This document shows, in pieces, positions 1 to 13,260 of a stretch of 64,000 nt of DNA. How positions within the stretch are numbered: position 1 is the first letter of the stretch; each line of letters opens with the position of its first letter. Both the position numbers and the translations under genes were made by a program. Source of the DNA: Chrysomallon squamiferum (taxonomy: Eukaryota; Animalia; Mollusca); contig CM022665.1 of NCBI GenBank assembly GCA_012295275.1, forward strand, positions 19,034,001 through 19,098,000. Direction: 5' to 3'. Below the pieces are notes generated by a model, which was given only the letters and a program-made list of their open reading frames with translations, was not told the origin of the DNA and made no database searches.

Positions 1-344
1 TCTGTCATGGACATTTAAATAACCCCACACAGGCCATTTCTTTCCTTGTTTATGCCATTATTATAAGGAGTTACCACTCTCAGTTTGGTTTCTGCAGCAA
101 ACTGAAGGTTTTGTATTCACATTATTCCACAGTAAAACTTATGGCCTATAAAAACATGCAAACATAATTATGTCCTGAAAATAAAGTGTACAATTTTGAC
201 TTACTCATTTTGCTTTTTCCAAACAGTTATTTGTCCCTGTATGAAATAAACCAGGATAAAGAAATGACCCTCAATAAAACTGAAATTTATTTATTTATAT
301 TTCAAAACTGTTGTTAATTTCCAGAAATAAACCTACTGAAATGA

Positions 345-392
345 GCACCCTAGACAGCTGTCTAGTTTACCTATATGGTAGCACCAGCCCTG
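345..392. mobile_element. Terminal end of a hAT-like MITE
   Basis: GCACCCTAGACAGCTGTCTAGTTTACCTATATGGTAGCACCAGCCCTG; the reverse complement starts CAGGGCTGGTGCTACC, a hAT-type terminus as I recall it. The partner end is probably outside the window. Confidence 0.4.
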
Positions 393-2606
393 AATACATA
401 TTTCACAGATCTTTCTTTTAACTTCAAAATACAGTTTAGTGAGTCAGCCATGTGTTTCTATGGCACACTGGGCTAACATAATGAAAGTGGTGTTGGGGAA
501 TCAATGAGCCATTCTCTGTGGGGTCCATCAAACCACTTTGGGGTCCACTTCATTTTAAAGGAATATATAACACACCAAGATAGTGTTAAATCCACTGCTG
601 AATGTTTTGAAAAGAGCATCACTGAGGAGGAAACTCTTGAAAGTACACTGAAATCATGGAGTCAGTAGCAAAGTTTGCCCTAGACTGAGGTCACTGTGTT
701 GAAAATGTAATTCACTCCTTAATTTAGTACAATGTATGTGCAATTTAGATGAAATTTTGACAGGAATGAGAAAAAAGAAGAAAAGATTTACATATATGTT
801 GTTTCTAGCCAGTTTCATTATTTGAGATCATGGCACCCACTGACCTGTTCATTGGTCCCTTATCCTGGGGTGCATGAGCCATCATGACCCTGTTACATTA
901 AGTGTCTCCCATAATAATATTGTTGAAGACAACCTATCAAACTGTATATTGTAATCGACAGCAATAATGCCTCTATATGCATCATCAGTTTTCCAATCAA
1001 CGTATGAAGGTTTGGGTGAAATGACCAAATATCTTAAAAATGGCTGATCTGTCCCCAGTTTCCCCCTATATACACATTTTCTTAAAGTTTTTGCACCATC
1101 ATTATCAAAGCCTTAGGTGTTTTGGGTTCTAGTGACCCCCTCTGGAACACCAGAATTCTAACCCCTGTAATCTGCCTGGCTACCATGTTTTGTATTTTTT
1201 CTTTTCTTTTTCTTTTTTTTTCTGCCTGTCCAGTGACCACACAGTTTTCAAGATGCTTCTTGTCTGAAATTCTACTTTTTTTGTGTATACTCTGCTGGCT
1301 CAAGTCACTGAAAAAAGTGTTAATGGTTTCTGTTGTCTGACTGATTTACAGGTGGCAATTGCACAGTATGAATATGATTATAAAAATAAAAGATTATATT
1401 TGTCATTTTCTTTGTAGTTTTTTGAATGACCTGATACAAACAAAAACTGTTTTAATTCAGAACTATAAGTATTGTTTATAGATATGTAAAGTTGTATTTA
1501 GGGGGATTAATATAATAAACTTATTTAAGACAAGGCAGTCAGCTATGGTCATTTCACTTATCTTTTGTATCCCATTTACAAAATTGCTGTTTGGACATAA
1601 GAAAATGATCATTTCGTGTTGGATGCACAACACTAAATAAAGAAAAACTGAAAAATATGTATGTAGAGAATCACATGCAAATTGTGTTAAATTATCTGTT
1701 TCTCAACATACATGCCATCACCAAATGTGCCAGGTTGTTCACCAATTAGACTTGGCAATGTGAAACTGAACATAATGAAAGAGTTTAACATCACATGGGG
1801 TATATCTGACTGGAAAATATTGTAAAACATTTTCAAGATTCATATTGGATGCTGACCATGTATATGTTGATAGTTTTCATAAATGCACATTAAATTTTCC
1901 AGATATAGTATTCAAATAATACTTAAAAATATATTTAAGTTTAAATAACTCATTTTAATTTTTTAGTGCTCATTGTAAAAATATACTTAAATACAAAATA
2001 AATTATTTTAATTTTAAAAATTATTTTAAGTCTTACTTTAAATTTTTTATTATGGGCTATAAATTGTTACAGAGGTCTACCAGATTTTATAACATAGTAC
2101 TAGCAAGTGAAAAAAGCCAAGTCAAAGTTTGGTAAAATATAATGTCTGTGAAGGTTAAAAAGCATGTACTTACTCACAAATTAAAAGCCATTGGATGTAA
2201 ATAGATGAAAATGCCAGAGATGTCAAGGAAAAACTAGTTAATATTACAAACCAATAAGATTAGACAGTTAATATAATTTTTAAAGGCTTTTGAAAATTTG
2301 ATGCTTGTTTATACAAATAGTTAAGGATGCAGAAATATCAGCTGAGCTAAACAAAAATCAAAATCAAAAAGAAAGAGAAGATGATAAAATATTAATATTT
2401 TAGAATGAGATGGCAATAGTAGTAAAATTTTTATTATTAATATTGATTTACTTGCTGCTAGGAATAAAATAATTGTTTAAAAAAAAATAAATAATTGTTT
2501 AAAAAAAAATAATAATAAATAGAAAAAATAAATAATACAAATAAATAAATACATTTCTTGTATTATATGTTTAAGTAAATGAATTTTAAGAAGATATTGC
2601 TTACAG

Positions 2607-2704
2607 ATGAGGGCTGGCTGCAGAACATCTACATCAATCTGCCAGCAGTGAAGAGAAGAGCAGAAACATTAGGCACTAGACGTTCAGTGAAAAAACAGTG
2701 GCAG
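2607..2704 (+). CDS. DERA: DERA (deoxyribose-phosphate aldolase), first visible coding exon (probably exon 2)
   Basis: TTACAG| acceptor and CAG|GTACAT donor. Reads (D)EGWLQNIYINLPAVKRRAETLGTRRSVKKQWQ, matching the metazoan DERA N-terminus (W...VN.PAV.RRA....RRTVKKEWQ). Starts in phase 1, so a short upstream exon is needed; none was found in the window. Confidence 0.93.
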
Positions 2705-3758
2705 GTACATGTTAAAATAATATTTACAAATTACATTTCATACTGAAATATATTAAAACTCATCTTATTTTATATAATTATCTGTTATTTTATTCACTGT
2801 ATAGTTACCAATATTTGTTTTAGCCTTAGATGACAGTATTTAAAAAAATAAAAAAAATAAAAACATGGATTTTCCCTCTTCCAGCATGTAGTAGATAAAT
2901 AGATTTTACTCTTAATTTCACAAATAACTGAGAATATTAATTCAGGAAGTCTTCTCCTTGTGTATGGCCCCAGAATGTTTTTTTGTTTTTTGTACATGCA
3001 CCTATAACTGCTGCATCTCAGTATTTTTCTAACAATACAAAAAAAAAAAAAAAAAAAGCTATTCACATATGAAATTTCATCATTCAGTTGCTAAGTGGAA
3101 AAATAATCATGTTTATATAATTTCATGATTGCTGAATTTTATCATTTTATCAGCAACGATTGCTTACTAGGAATCAAACTATAGCTTGGACGTAAAGAAA
3201 AGCAGTAATAGGTAATTTTAAAGTTTTATAAATATAAATATATTTTTGATATTTCTAGATGTTGTGTATGATTGTTTTGTTTATTTAGCTGATTGTTGTT
3301 TAATTTTAGATTAATTAAATAGCAGTAACAGAGTAGATGATAAAAGCAAACTCCATGCAGTGGTGGCAGCAGATTTCCCCTGTCGTATCTTCATCCCTCC
3401 GAATTATAAAACGACATGTTTTATAACTATTAATAATAAAAATATGTTGAGTAGTCATCAAATAATTGGTCGATCATTCATTAATGAAACAATTTGTCAT
3501 TACCTGTACTTATACCACATTTCTTTCTTTTAGCTGTCATTATGAAACAGTAATAATAACAACATTGTAAATTTTAAAAAAGAAGGAAATTAAACACAAT
3601 ATTCGAGTAGAAAAAAGAAATGGAACTGTTCATATTTTTAAAGCCGACATATACAATCGTTGGTCAAATAAATCTACTTTAGAATGTTTTATACTGGTTT
3701 TTGGAACCTGAATGTTCATAACTGATTAATTAACTTTAAAATAATGTTACATTTGTAG

Positions 3759-3906
3759 GCTGCGTGGTTGTTGAGAGCAGTTACCTGCATAGATCTGACA
3801 ACACTGGCTGGTGATGACACATTTACCAATGTTCAGAGACTGTGTTTTAAAGCAAATCAGCCCATCAGAGAGGATCTCATGAAGAAGATGAATCTGCAAC
3901 ACATAG
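3759..3906 (+). CDS. DERA: DERA coding exon ending at a GC donor
   Basis: TTGTAG| acceptor. Reads AAWLLRAVTCIDLTTLAGDDTFTNVQRLCFKANQPIREDLMKKMNLQHI(G), with the DLTTL.GDDT DeoC motif. The only frame-compatible donor is AG|GCAAAA at 3907. Confidence 0.93.
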
Positions 3907-4154
3907 GCAAAAATAATTAATTATAACCAGAACTATATTTTTCAGTATTATATTTAAAATATTAGAGATTTCTTGTATTGTGTTTTGTTTGTCTTATAAG
4001 TTACATTTGAGTGTGTATATGTGTATGTGTGAAAATATAAGAATGTGCATGCTATATATGTTCAGAAAACCTGTATGTATAAGTGTGTGTTTTGTATTGA
4101 ATGTTTCAGCATATCTGTTTAATATTTAAAACTGTTTTTACTTTAATGGTCTAG

Positions 4155-4253
4155 GTTTGACAGTTGGAGCTGTGTGTGTTTATCCCAACCGTGTTTCTGA
4201 CTGTTATAAAGTCTTCAAGTCTGTCAGTGCTACACATATACCAATTGCTTCAG
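4155..4253 (+). CDS. DERA: DERA coding exon
   Basis: CTAG| acceptor and CAG|GTACAT donor. Reads (G)LTVGAVCVYPNRVSDCYKVFKSVSATHIPIAS, with the AVCVYP motif. Confidence 0.96.
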
Positions 4254-4531
4254 GTACATTTTATTTTCTTCACTTTATTATATACTTTAAATCTACACTG
4301 AATAATATTTTATTTTGTTTTTTACTTTTCTACACATCAGATCTCTTAAAATACAAATATGTTGATCATGTTGGTTACTTCCTTGCTAGTATTAATACAA
4401 TTCAACCCTTGGCCGAATCCGAGTAAAAAAATTGAATTTTACTGAAATTATTGTGCAAGTAGGTGAATGAGAGAGCTGAACAAATATGATGATAATACAA
4501 TAATAATAATGAAAATTTCTTGTGATTTTAG

Positions 4532-4666
4532 TTGCAACAGGTTTTCCATCGGGACAGATGCCACTGAAGAGTCGACTGGAAGAAATACGTCAAGCTGTTG
4601 CTGATGGAGCTTCAGAGATTGACATTGTCATTAATCGACAGTATGCTCTTACTGGAAACTGGAAAG
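4532..4666 (+). CDS. DERA: DERA coding exon
   Basis: TTTTAG| acceptor and AAG|GTTATT donor. Reads (V)ATGFPSGQMPLKSRLEEIRQAVADGASEIDIVINRQYALTGNWK, with the GFP.G and GA.EID.V motifs. Confidence 0.97.
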
Positions 4667-4970
4667 GTTATTTTAAAACTTTAATATTTGTTTTTGTTTT
4701 TTTTTTAAAAAAAAAAAAAGAAAAATCAGTTCTTGACATATATACTTTCAGAAAATTTTTTATTTAGTTATTTTTGTTAGTAGTCTGACATAATGATTAT
4801 TATATAATTTAGTTTTATAACTGATTTGGGTTGGTTGTTAAAATATGAATGGAGTTAAAATACAAATAATTAAAAAAATAAATAAATAATGTTAGTGAGG
4901 AGGCTTTGTCACATGAATAGTAACTGAGGTAACTGCTTATGTATTCCCTTGTTTTCTTTTCTTTGTCAAG

Positions 4971-5099
4971 GTATATATGAAGAAGTTCAGCTGATGAAGG
5001 AGGCATGCGGAGATGCACATCTCAAGACAATCCTGGCTGCTGGTGAACTGGGAACTCTGACTAATGTCTATAAAGCAAGCATGGTCTGTATGATGGCAG
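4971..5099 (+). CDS. DERA: DERA coding exon
   Basis: Pyrimidine tract plus CAAG| acceptor, CAG|GTTAGA donor. Reads (G)IYEEVQLMKEACGDAHLKTILAAGELGTLTNVYKASMVCMMA. Confidence 0.96.
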
Positions 5100-5434
5100 G
5101 TTAGAGGTTCAGATATTCTTTTATGTTTTGATGGAGGTAATTATAGTAAATAAAATGTTTCAATATGGATCAGTTTTCAAGAATAATAATAATAAAATAT
5201 ATATATATATATATATATATTTTAAATGTAATGTTGAAAATGATTATTTATTTTTGACAGGATTTGTTTTGTTTTTTGAACCAAATAATTATCATTAGTT
5301 AAAAGTATAGTAAGTTGGGAATTTTAAGTTAGTTTTAACTTACAAATGTTTTATGAAAAAATATTTCATTGCATACAGAAATGTTTGTTTTGCTATGGAA
5401 AATAAATGAATGTTTCAAAAATTAATTGTTACAG

Positions 5435-5547
5435 GTGCTGATTTCATCAAGACATCTACTGGCAAAGAGTCGGTGAATGCCACATTTGTCATAGCTTTGG
5501 TCATGGTTCGAGCAATTCGGGAATATTACCATTGTACTAATTACAAG
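5435..5547 (+). CDS. DERA: DERA coding exon with the Schiff-base lysine
   Basis: TTACAG| acceptor and AAG|GTATTT donor. Reads (G)ADFIKTSTGKESVNATFVIALVMVRAIREYYHCTNYK. DFIKTSTG is the catalytic-lysine motif of DeoC/DERA class I aldolases. Confidence 0.97.
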
Positions 5548-5795
5548 GTATTTTCAATTCTGTTTTCAGTGCATTAGAATCCTGGAAACCATTTAAAAGA
5601 TTTGTTTCTACATTTTCTAAATTAAAAATTCTCACTATCCTTTGCGAATCTCATTCTTGAACGCTGGAGAAAAAGAAAAACAAGAAGAAGATAAATCTGA
5701 AATGTTTTTACAGATAATTTTCTTGTTTGATTTTTTTGAAAGTTACTGTATCTCTGTTTTATAGCTTATATATATTTTCTCTTTATTATTAAAAG

Positions 5796-6002
5796 GTTGG
5801 GTTCAAGCCAGCTGGAGGTATACGTACTGCCAAGGATGCATGTACCTGGCTGTCACTGATGAAGGAAGAACTAGGTGACAATTGGACAAAGCCAGACTTG
5901 TTTCGCATTGGAGCTAGTGGTCTACTGACTGACATAGAGAGGCAGATTTTCCACTTTGTTACAGGCCATTATGCAGCATCTCATGAACTACCCATGGCTT
6001 AA
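5796..6002 (+). CDS. DERA: DERA terminal coding exon
   Basis: AAAAG| acceptor. Reads VGFKPAGGIRTAKDACTWLSLMKEELGDNWTKPDLFRIGASGLLTDIERQIFHFVTGHYAASHELPMA then TAA (6000-6002). Contains the GFKPAGGIR and FRIGAS motifs; AATAAA follows near 6078. Confidence 0.97.
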   Translation, partial: VGFKPAGGIRTAKDACTWLSLMKEELGDNWTKPDLFRIGASGLLTDIERQIFHFVTGHYAASHELPMA

Positions 6003-8175
6003 TTACTGCAGTTGATGTTTTATTTAATAATGAATTTTTAAACATCCAAAATGTTATGAGAAAACTAAAAATTCTAAAATAAATTCGAAGGCGTGTTTAA
6101 TAAGAAATTTAGAATATTTAGTTTTGTGACTTAGGTGGTAAGTAATAATAATCTTTCTTCAGAGAAATTAAATAAATTAAAAAATTTCTGTTACCTGAAG
6201 TTTGTTTCTCAGATTTAAGTTTTTCCAAAAGTCATTCCTGATTTCTCTTCTTAGTAGTGCATTGATTTCTTTTTTCATACTTTTAAAAATGTGTATAATT
6301 TGTAACATTGCTAAAATTGAGATGCATTTGATGGTGTTGAAATTACTTACTGGTGAAGTATTATTATACATAGACACATTATAATTCAGGAAATAAACAC
6401 AAACAAGATATTAATACAAAAAACATGTCAGATGTAGTTTGTGAACATTTCATACCTCACTTATTACACACACAAAACACAAACAAATCACCAAAAAAGA
6501 AAAAGAAAAAAAAAACACTAAAAAGAGCCTCACAAACAACAATACTCCCACAAATAATATAAACTTGCCAAGAACTTAACTATTTTTTTCTTAAAAGTAT
6601 TAACAACCAATACAGTAATGGATTTGTTGAAATACCTTATTGGAGAGGTTCTTTCTCAGAATCAGTAAGTCTTGCTGGAAGGTGTTTAGTACAGTAACAA
6701 ATTTCAACATGTTACAAGTGAGAATATTTAAAATAATGTGATTTTCTGTGATTGGGTGGGTAGCTGACTTGCAGTAATTTGGTGTCATGTTAATTTCCTG
6801 AATTATAGTATTGATACCGGACATATTTCAAGATTATTGTGAACTACACAGTTTTGTTTATGTTAGCTTGGTATATTGTTTATAAGCATAAAGCAGATTT
6901 GTATTTTTCATTTTAATCCAGTTTATTTTTATTTTGTTAATTAATATCTTTAGGCTGCATAAATTAATTTTCTATGCAAGTGTTTAGTTTCATGAACTAG
7001 TCAAATATGTCTAGCTTATTTATGTCATTTTGTAATTGTATTTCCTATTCAGCTGGCATATACTTCATTGAATTGCATTTATTTAATTCTGTGAATTACT
7101 AGATACATTGAAATTTGATCATAACCTTGTTTTATCCAAATAATATCCCAATTGTTACATTTTATTATGGTAGGTTACATGTATGTATATATCATGTAAA
7201 AAAATTTATCTGGATTGTAACTGAATCCATAGCTAGTGTAAAAAAGTAAATTTTTAAGATAATAATATGCAGACTACTTTATTCACTAAACATAAGACTT
7301 AATGACCTGAAGATAAGTAGTTATAATATTAACATAATAATTCATACATTTACATTCAGAAATTTGAGTGTTTCAATTTATCTTTTTTTTCTCATAATTT
7401 AACAGATAAGTTATTTAAAATAGATACAGCACTGTTTCTTAACTGTATGGCATATCTGAATATTGTCTAACTAAAATAGTCAGACAGTTGTGGTTTAATA
7501 TGTATCTTAGGAAGAACAAATTATAATTCATTATTACAGAGATGATACTGTAATCTCAAACAAAATAGTGATTTTGGATATCAGATAAATATTTGTAAAC
7601 TTGTAGGTATGAATAACACTCATTAGGTACTTTAACATGTAACTGATATAAATGCGCTGATGAACCTCTGACAGATGGTTAGAATATTTATTATATACAT
7701 AAATCTGTCACTGAAAAGACTTTTGTATCAGTTTAAGGATACATTAGTTTAGAAGTTGTAGAAAGAAAGTTTGCTTATTCTTTCAGCCATAGAATTTGTA
7801 TACAGACAGTATCAGATTGGGCTGTTCCAATGGTTGTTTATGATTTATTATTGTGGAACATGGTTATAAAAAATAATTCCTAGCAATATTTTAAAACAAC
7901 AAAGTTTGTTATCTTAATATTTGCCACAGAAATTATGTACAAAAAATATTTTAATATGCAGATTCTGATTAAGAAGTAATTTGTTCATGAGAGAGTTTAG
8001 TGCTTTTAATTTTTATTTAATGTATATTATTGTTTTATTTTGCCTTTTTCATGATTACTCACTGCTGTTATTATCTTAATTATATTGTATAATTAATTAC
8101 CTGTAATTCTGTTTGTTGATGAAAATATTAGTATTGAAATTTGTTGAAGAAGAATTATGTAATCAGTGCTAGATT

Positions 8176-8371
8176 ATAGATACAAATATTATTATAATTT
8201 AAATACATACTGTTTTGTATTGTTACAATGAAGTAGATATATGGTTTAATGTGTTTCAGGGTTTGTCTTATTATTTTTATAGATATGAATATTATTATAA
8301 TATAAATACAAATCTTTGTTTTGTGTTGTTACATTGAAGTAGATATGTGGTTTAATGTATTTCAGGGCTTA

Positions 8372-8385
<14 letters not shown>
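8176..8385. repeat. Two-copy tandem duplication, ~103-bp period
   Basis: ATAGATA..AATATTATTATAAT...TTGTTACA.TGAAGTAGATAT.TGGTTTAATGT.TTTCAGGG occurs from 8176 and again from 8279. Confidence 0.85.
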
Positions 8386-8405
<20 letters not shown>

Positions 8406-9600
8406 GTTTTTATTTGTTTTATTTTTTTTTTTTTTTTTCCTTATACTCAAAGGGAGGTAACTGGATTTGTTTTTCCTCCTTAAATTATACAAATTCAAAT
8501 ATTGCATTTTATAACTCTTTGTTCATGGTATAGAATAAACATTGGCTTCAAATGGTGTAGTACACTGAATTGTGGTCAATCTTATATTAAAAATATCTGA
8601 TAAACACTTACTATTAATGTGGGGTAAAGGAATTCACTCCTGTGTATAATTATATTACTTTTTTATTTATTTTTTATTTTATTTTCTATAAATTATTGGC
8701 AGCTAAATTTTTGTGATTTCTTTTATTTCAGAATATTATACAGTAAATAAATATTCTTATAAATGTAAAAGTTTTTGATTTATTAATTAATTAATTATTT
8801 TTATTTTTTTTTATATTGTTTTTTTTAATTTTTATTTATTTACTAAACTGTATTCATTCATGAAACAGTCTGATCAAAAAATAAGTAGTGTTTCTAACAT
8901 TGGTTATAATTGTACTTGATATGGTGTTTTTGTATTTAGCTGTTAATACACTTAGTTGTGTTATGTAATCAGTTTTATTAAGAAATTTGTTTTTCCATGA
9001 AAAGAAAAAGGCTTTATAATGTGTTATATTTAGAGGTAAAGCGTATGCTAAGGTCTAAGAAATAATATCAGTTTCCCATTTCTATAAAAAAAAATTCATA
9101 ACAGACTTTTATTCTGGTGTGTTTAAAGATGCAAGACATTATCATTTATAAACTGGCCATCTCATTATGTTATTTAAAAAGTGAATCTATTGTAATTTGA
9201 TTTGGGGATGGACACTTCTGAAAAGGAGGTTGACCCAGTGCACTCAGGAAGATAAATCCTTTGATCTACCATACCACTGATGTTTTGCCTTCCCTATTAA
9301 GTGTCTTAAAATTGAACTCCATACATCTAGAAAGTTACAATACTGATGTGTGCCAATCTTTTCGGAATCTTTTACCCTGTGTAAAATAAAATAAGAAGGT
9401 AACAGATTTTCAAAGCCAGTAATAAACAGAGTATTTCCCAGAGCCACAGTACATAGATATTTATTATTGCAATGCAGGTCAAAATTTAGATAAGAAAACA
9501 CCAGTTTTCTAGCTGTATAAAAGACCCCATTTTACTGTATAATTATATTCGTACTTTTTTTTTATCACTTCTCTATAAAAACATATTGACTTAGGAATAG

Positions 9601-9663
9601 CTAGTTAATGTCTTAGGATATCAGCACTTAATTTTGTGAACGTAAGGATGCTCAATTACAGCT
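9601..9663. repeat. 63-bp segment duplicated at 17688-17750
   Basis: Ungapped hand alignment gives 57/63 identity. A weaker similar stretch lies at ~14252-14290. Confidence 0.85.
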
Positions 9664-10421
9664 AGGCTATGTCAAGCAGTATTCAACATTCAACCTAAGG
9701 AGGATAAAGCTATTATCTTAAGACAGTAACCAGTTATTTCTTATTTCTGCAATTATTAATAATACAAAAATTAAATGAAATTAACTGTTTAAGTCATCAA
9801 CTTAACACTTGAACAGTAGTAGATTAATACATATACTTTTCAGTATTGTCAACACATCAAAACAAAATAGTTCTTAAATACCAACAGTTCATTTAATTTT
9901 AAAATAGTCTTTTAAGATACAATGTTCATTTTTAGATCAAGTATTTCTTTAAAGTAAAAATGAAAATTGTACTTGTTTAAAAATTTAGATATTTCATACA
10001 GCTATTCTTTTTCATTTTCAGTTACTTGTGTTTTCCAAATCCTGTCTTGTAAATCTAATAATGTTAAAATCAACTATGCTTTTGAAAAAAATTGTCTAAC
10101 AGGTTAGTAAACTGGAGCAATCTTTAGTAACTTGTTAATTCTTTTGTCTGCCAATCAAATTTTAATGTATTGTTAACCTTACATAATGATGTATTCAGTT
10201 TAAAAAAAAAAAATTCTTACTGAGCAGCATGATTTTCAGGCTATTAAGTAACTCTGGGAAGTAAATGAAATTATGTATTTTAAGAATGTATTTATAATGT
10301 TTATTAATTTTTGACATTCTACAGTTAATATTATATCAGTTTGATATGATGCTTACATCATATTTATGATTTTAAAATGAAAAGTATTTATAAAATACTT
10401 ATTTTTATTATATTTTTTAAT

Positions 10422-10547
<126 letters not shown>

Positions 10548-10641
10548 CCCACCACAAAACAGTCCAAACATAACAAATTTAAGAAAGTTTAAAATGTTAT
10601 CTCTGCCTGACCATGTTTGTCATTAGTTGACTGATATACTT

Positions 10642-12483
10642 TTAGTAGGGTTCCCTGTTTTCTTTCTCATACAATGGAGACTTATTTGCCTTGTAAACAG
10701 TGTCCTGAGATTTCCTTCCCGTTGCATAATCTTTAACATAGTCTAAATCCTGCATATCAACAACTGGCTCGAATTTCTTATACCTTCTTATTAGATCTGG
10801 TAAACAACTGCTGTCCTTGACACTAATACTTGATACTTTCTGAGTTTCTGTTATGGATAGCTCCAGAGTCTTGACCGTGGCCCTGACTTCTGCTTCAGCA
10901 TCACCATGAGTAGTTGTTTGAGTGGAAATTGTACGTGACTTTGAAATGTTAGAGACCTTAACTCCATCTTCATCGTCGCTGTTTGATGCACTTCCATTAG
11001 GCTTACCTTCCATCTTTGTGTCAGTCGTTGGTACTACAAGAAAATTACTAGACTTTCCTGATTGTGTGGATTCTCGAGTTTTTGTCTTTCGGAGATCAGA
11101 AGTTCTCTCTCTAGGCGTTGATGGCTGAGACTGATAAGAAGACACCCAACCATTATTTACAGAATGTTCATCTTCTTGAAGTGTTGTCATCACTGTTTGT
11201 TCTCGCAGACGTCTTACCAGTTCGTCGTCACTGGAAGCCTCTGCAGTTGGCGGTGGGTTTATGAAAAAGGTATCTTCTTCACAGATATGATGAGGAATCC
11301 AGATATGATCACATGCTAGGGATTTACCAAACACGCCATGTACACGAAACGACCCATCAGAATTTATCATAGGTATGGTGTCTTGATTTACCTCTGATAA
11401 AGAAGACTCGCTAACATATTTTTTAATAAGTTTATTTTGGTTATACTTGGTTAGCTGGCCAGACATTTTCAAAGCAAGCCTTTCTTCTCTTATATTGATG
11501 TCGGAAGGTGTTCTAAAGAGATTTTGTCGCTTTTTATTTTTATTTTTACGAGGTCGAAACCTTTCTAGGTCTTCATTCATCAATGTCATTTTCAGACGTG
11601 GAGATCTTAATTCGGAGATATCAAACTGTGGTGTTAAAGACAATATCTTTGCCGGTCCTTTCTTTATTATCTGTTTCCCGTGTTGTTTTGGCGTTTGTCT
11701 TGGTGCATTATAAATTGGCGCGACATAATTGGCTTCGTAAAATGGAGTCACTGGTGTGACAGGGTGGGGTGAAACATTAGGAGAAACACCGTATTTCCGC
11801 TCAATTTGTTTAATAACCTCTGATATAGGGCTTTCCCGAAATGGATGATGTTCTGTTTGAGACTTCAGTGAATTTTGAGTTTCTAATATTTTACTATTAT
11901 TGATCCCCATGACTGGTTGGTGTTGTGTGGCAAAGCGTTTTTTGTTTCGAACGTGTTTAAATTCAGTATAATTCTTGACACCGAAAACAACTTTACTATG
12001 CTCTCTGGACACCTTTACGTTTTCTGGCATATTGGCACCGTGAATATCTCGACGGTGAAACACTAACGACGGTTCGTTACGTTTGCTGATAGAGCTTAGA
12101 CCTTCTGTGAAAATATTTTTACCTTGAGATTCAACCCTTTCCAGACTTAGGGACGTGCACTTGACTCGACCTTGAAGGATCTTGTCTGCTTGACCTCGAG
12201 AACCTTTGATTAATGGAAAAGCACTGAAATAGTCTGAATAGTTGCGCGAATTTCCAGTGGTATATTGCTCTGTCAGTCCCTTAGCAACATCCCCAGAAAA
12301 TGAAGGTACTTTTATGTGGGAGGCCATCTTGTTCTTTGGCATGTTTGTTGCCACATTACCTACGAAAAGAAGAGGCGCACCTATGTGACAGGATACAGGT
12401 AAAACTTTGACATTCTCTGATTTTCTGTGGACCATGTTTATGCGTCTTGTACTTCTTTTCGAATTACTTGGTTGACCAGCCAT
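10642..12483 (-). CDS. Uncharacterised 613-aa, probably disordered protein (single coding exon)
   Basis: Uninterrupted 1.84-kb ORF with a clear GC rise over the AT-rich flanks. A CTTTCAG acceptor (12518-12524) sits 34 nt before the ATG. S/K/R/N/T-rich, no recognisable domain, no transposon motifs. Confidence 0.85.
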   Translation of the reverse strand: MAGQPSNSKRSTRRINMVHRKSENVKVLPVSCHIGAPLLFVGNVATNMPKNKMASHIKVPSFSGDVAKGLTEQYTTGNSRNYSDYFSAFPLIKGSRGQADKILQGRVKCTSLSLERVESQGKNIFTEGLSSISKRNEPSLVFHRRDIHGANMPENVKVSREHSKVVFGVKNYTEFKHVRNKKRFATQHQPVMGINNSKILETQNSLKSQTEHHPFRESPISEVIKQIERKYGVSPNVSPHPVTPVTPFYEANYVAPIYNAPRQTPKQHGKQIIKKGPAKILSLTPQFDISELRSPRLKMTLMNEDLERFRPRKNKNKKRQNLFRTPSDINIREERLALKMSGQLTKYNQNKLIKKYVSESSLSEVNQDTIPMINSDGSFRVHGVFGKSLACDHIWIPHHICEEDTFFINPPPTAEASSDDELVRRLREQTVMTTLQEDEHSVNNGWVSSYQSQPSTPRERTSDLRKTKTRESTQSGKSSNFLVVPTTDTKMEGKPNGSASNSDDEDGVKVSNISKSRTISTQTTTHGDAEAEVRATVKTLELSITETQKVSSISVKDSSCLPDLIRRYKKFEPVVDMQDLDYVKDYATGRKSQDTVYKANKSPLYEKENREPY

Positions 12484-12571
12484 GTACTTAACTGGATATG
12501 CACTTTTTAAGTTAAAACTGAAAGTATAATTAATAATAATATAAATGTTTTTAAATTAATTTAAATATCAG

Positions 12572-12619
<48 letters not shown>

Positions 12620-13260
12620 GAAGAACAAGAGAACAAAACAGCAACAGTAACACCTCCAGCAATACTACTACTACTACTACTACTACTGGTAATAATAACT
12701 AATATATAATAATAGATAATATTAAACATTTCCTGAGTATATTTACGCTAACAATTTATGTTTTGTCTTGTTTTAAATACATAAAACGAAAGCATTTTAT
12801 TTAACATCTAGTCACCGATTAAATGCTTTTGACATTAAGCAAACAAGTTCGCTGTTATCAGCCTGATTTACGTCAGTGAATTAGATAATGGAAAAGTTTG
12901 CTAAAGTTAACCCAGTATTTCAGCTATACCAGAAATCTTGTGTAATACCTGGTCTTATAAGTAAAATTTAAAAATGCAAATATAAATGTCAACACGAGCA
13001 ATTACAGCAGCAGCAGCAGCAACAACAACAATAATAATTATTACAATTATTATTATTACTAATACTACTACTACTATTATTATTATACTTGTTATTGCTT
13101 TTTGTTGTTGTTGTTATTAATAAAATTAAACAAACCCAATGAAGAAAGTTATAACGCACATATTTCTCTGTCTAATGTACAACGCAAACCAACAATTAAA
13201 ATATTTTTAAAATTAAAACAAAATATGATACCCACCAGTTGGTAACACTCTACCGCTCTC

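Noticed and set aside
1-2606. DERA first coding exon inside the window (e.g. ATG at 241)
   Set aside because: That ATG is followed by a stop after two codons, and no phase-1 exon resembling M..RN.G..L was found. The exon is probably upstream of the window.
2607-6002. DERA as a horizontally acquired bacterial deoC or a contaminant
   Set aside because: It has spliceosomal introns and the metazoan-type N- and C-terminal extensions.
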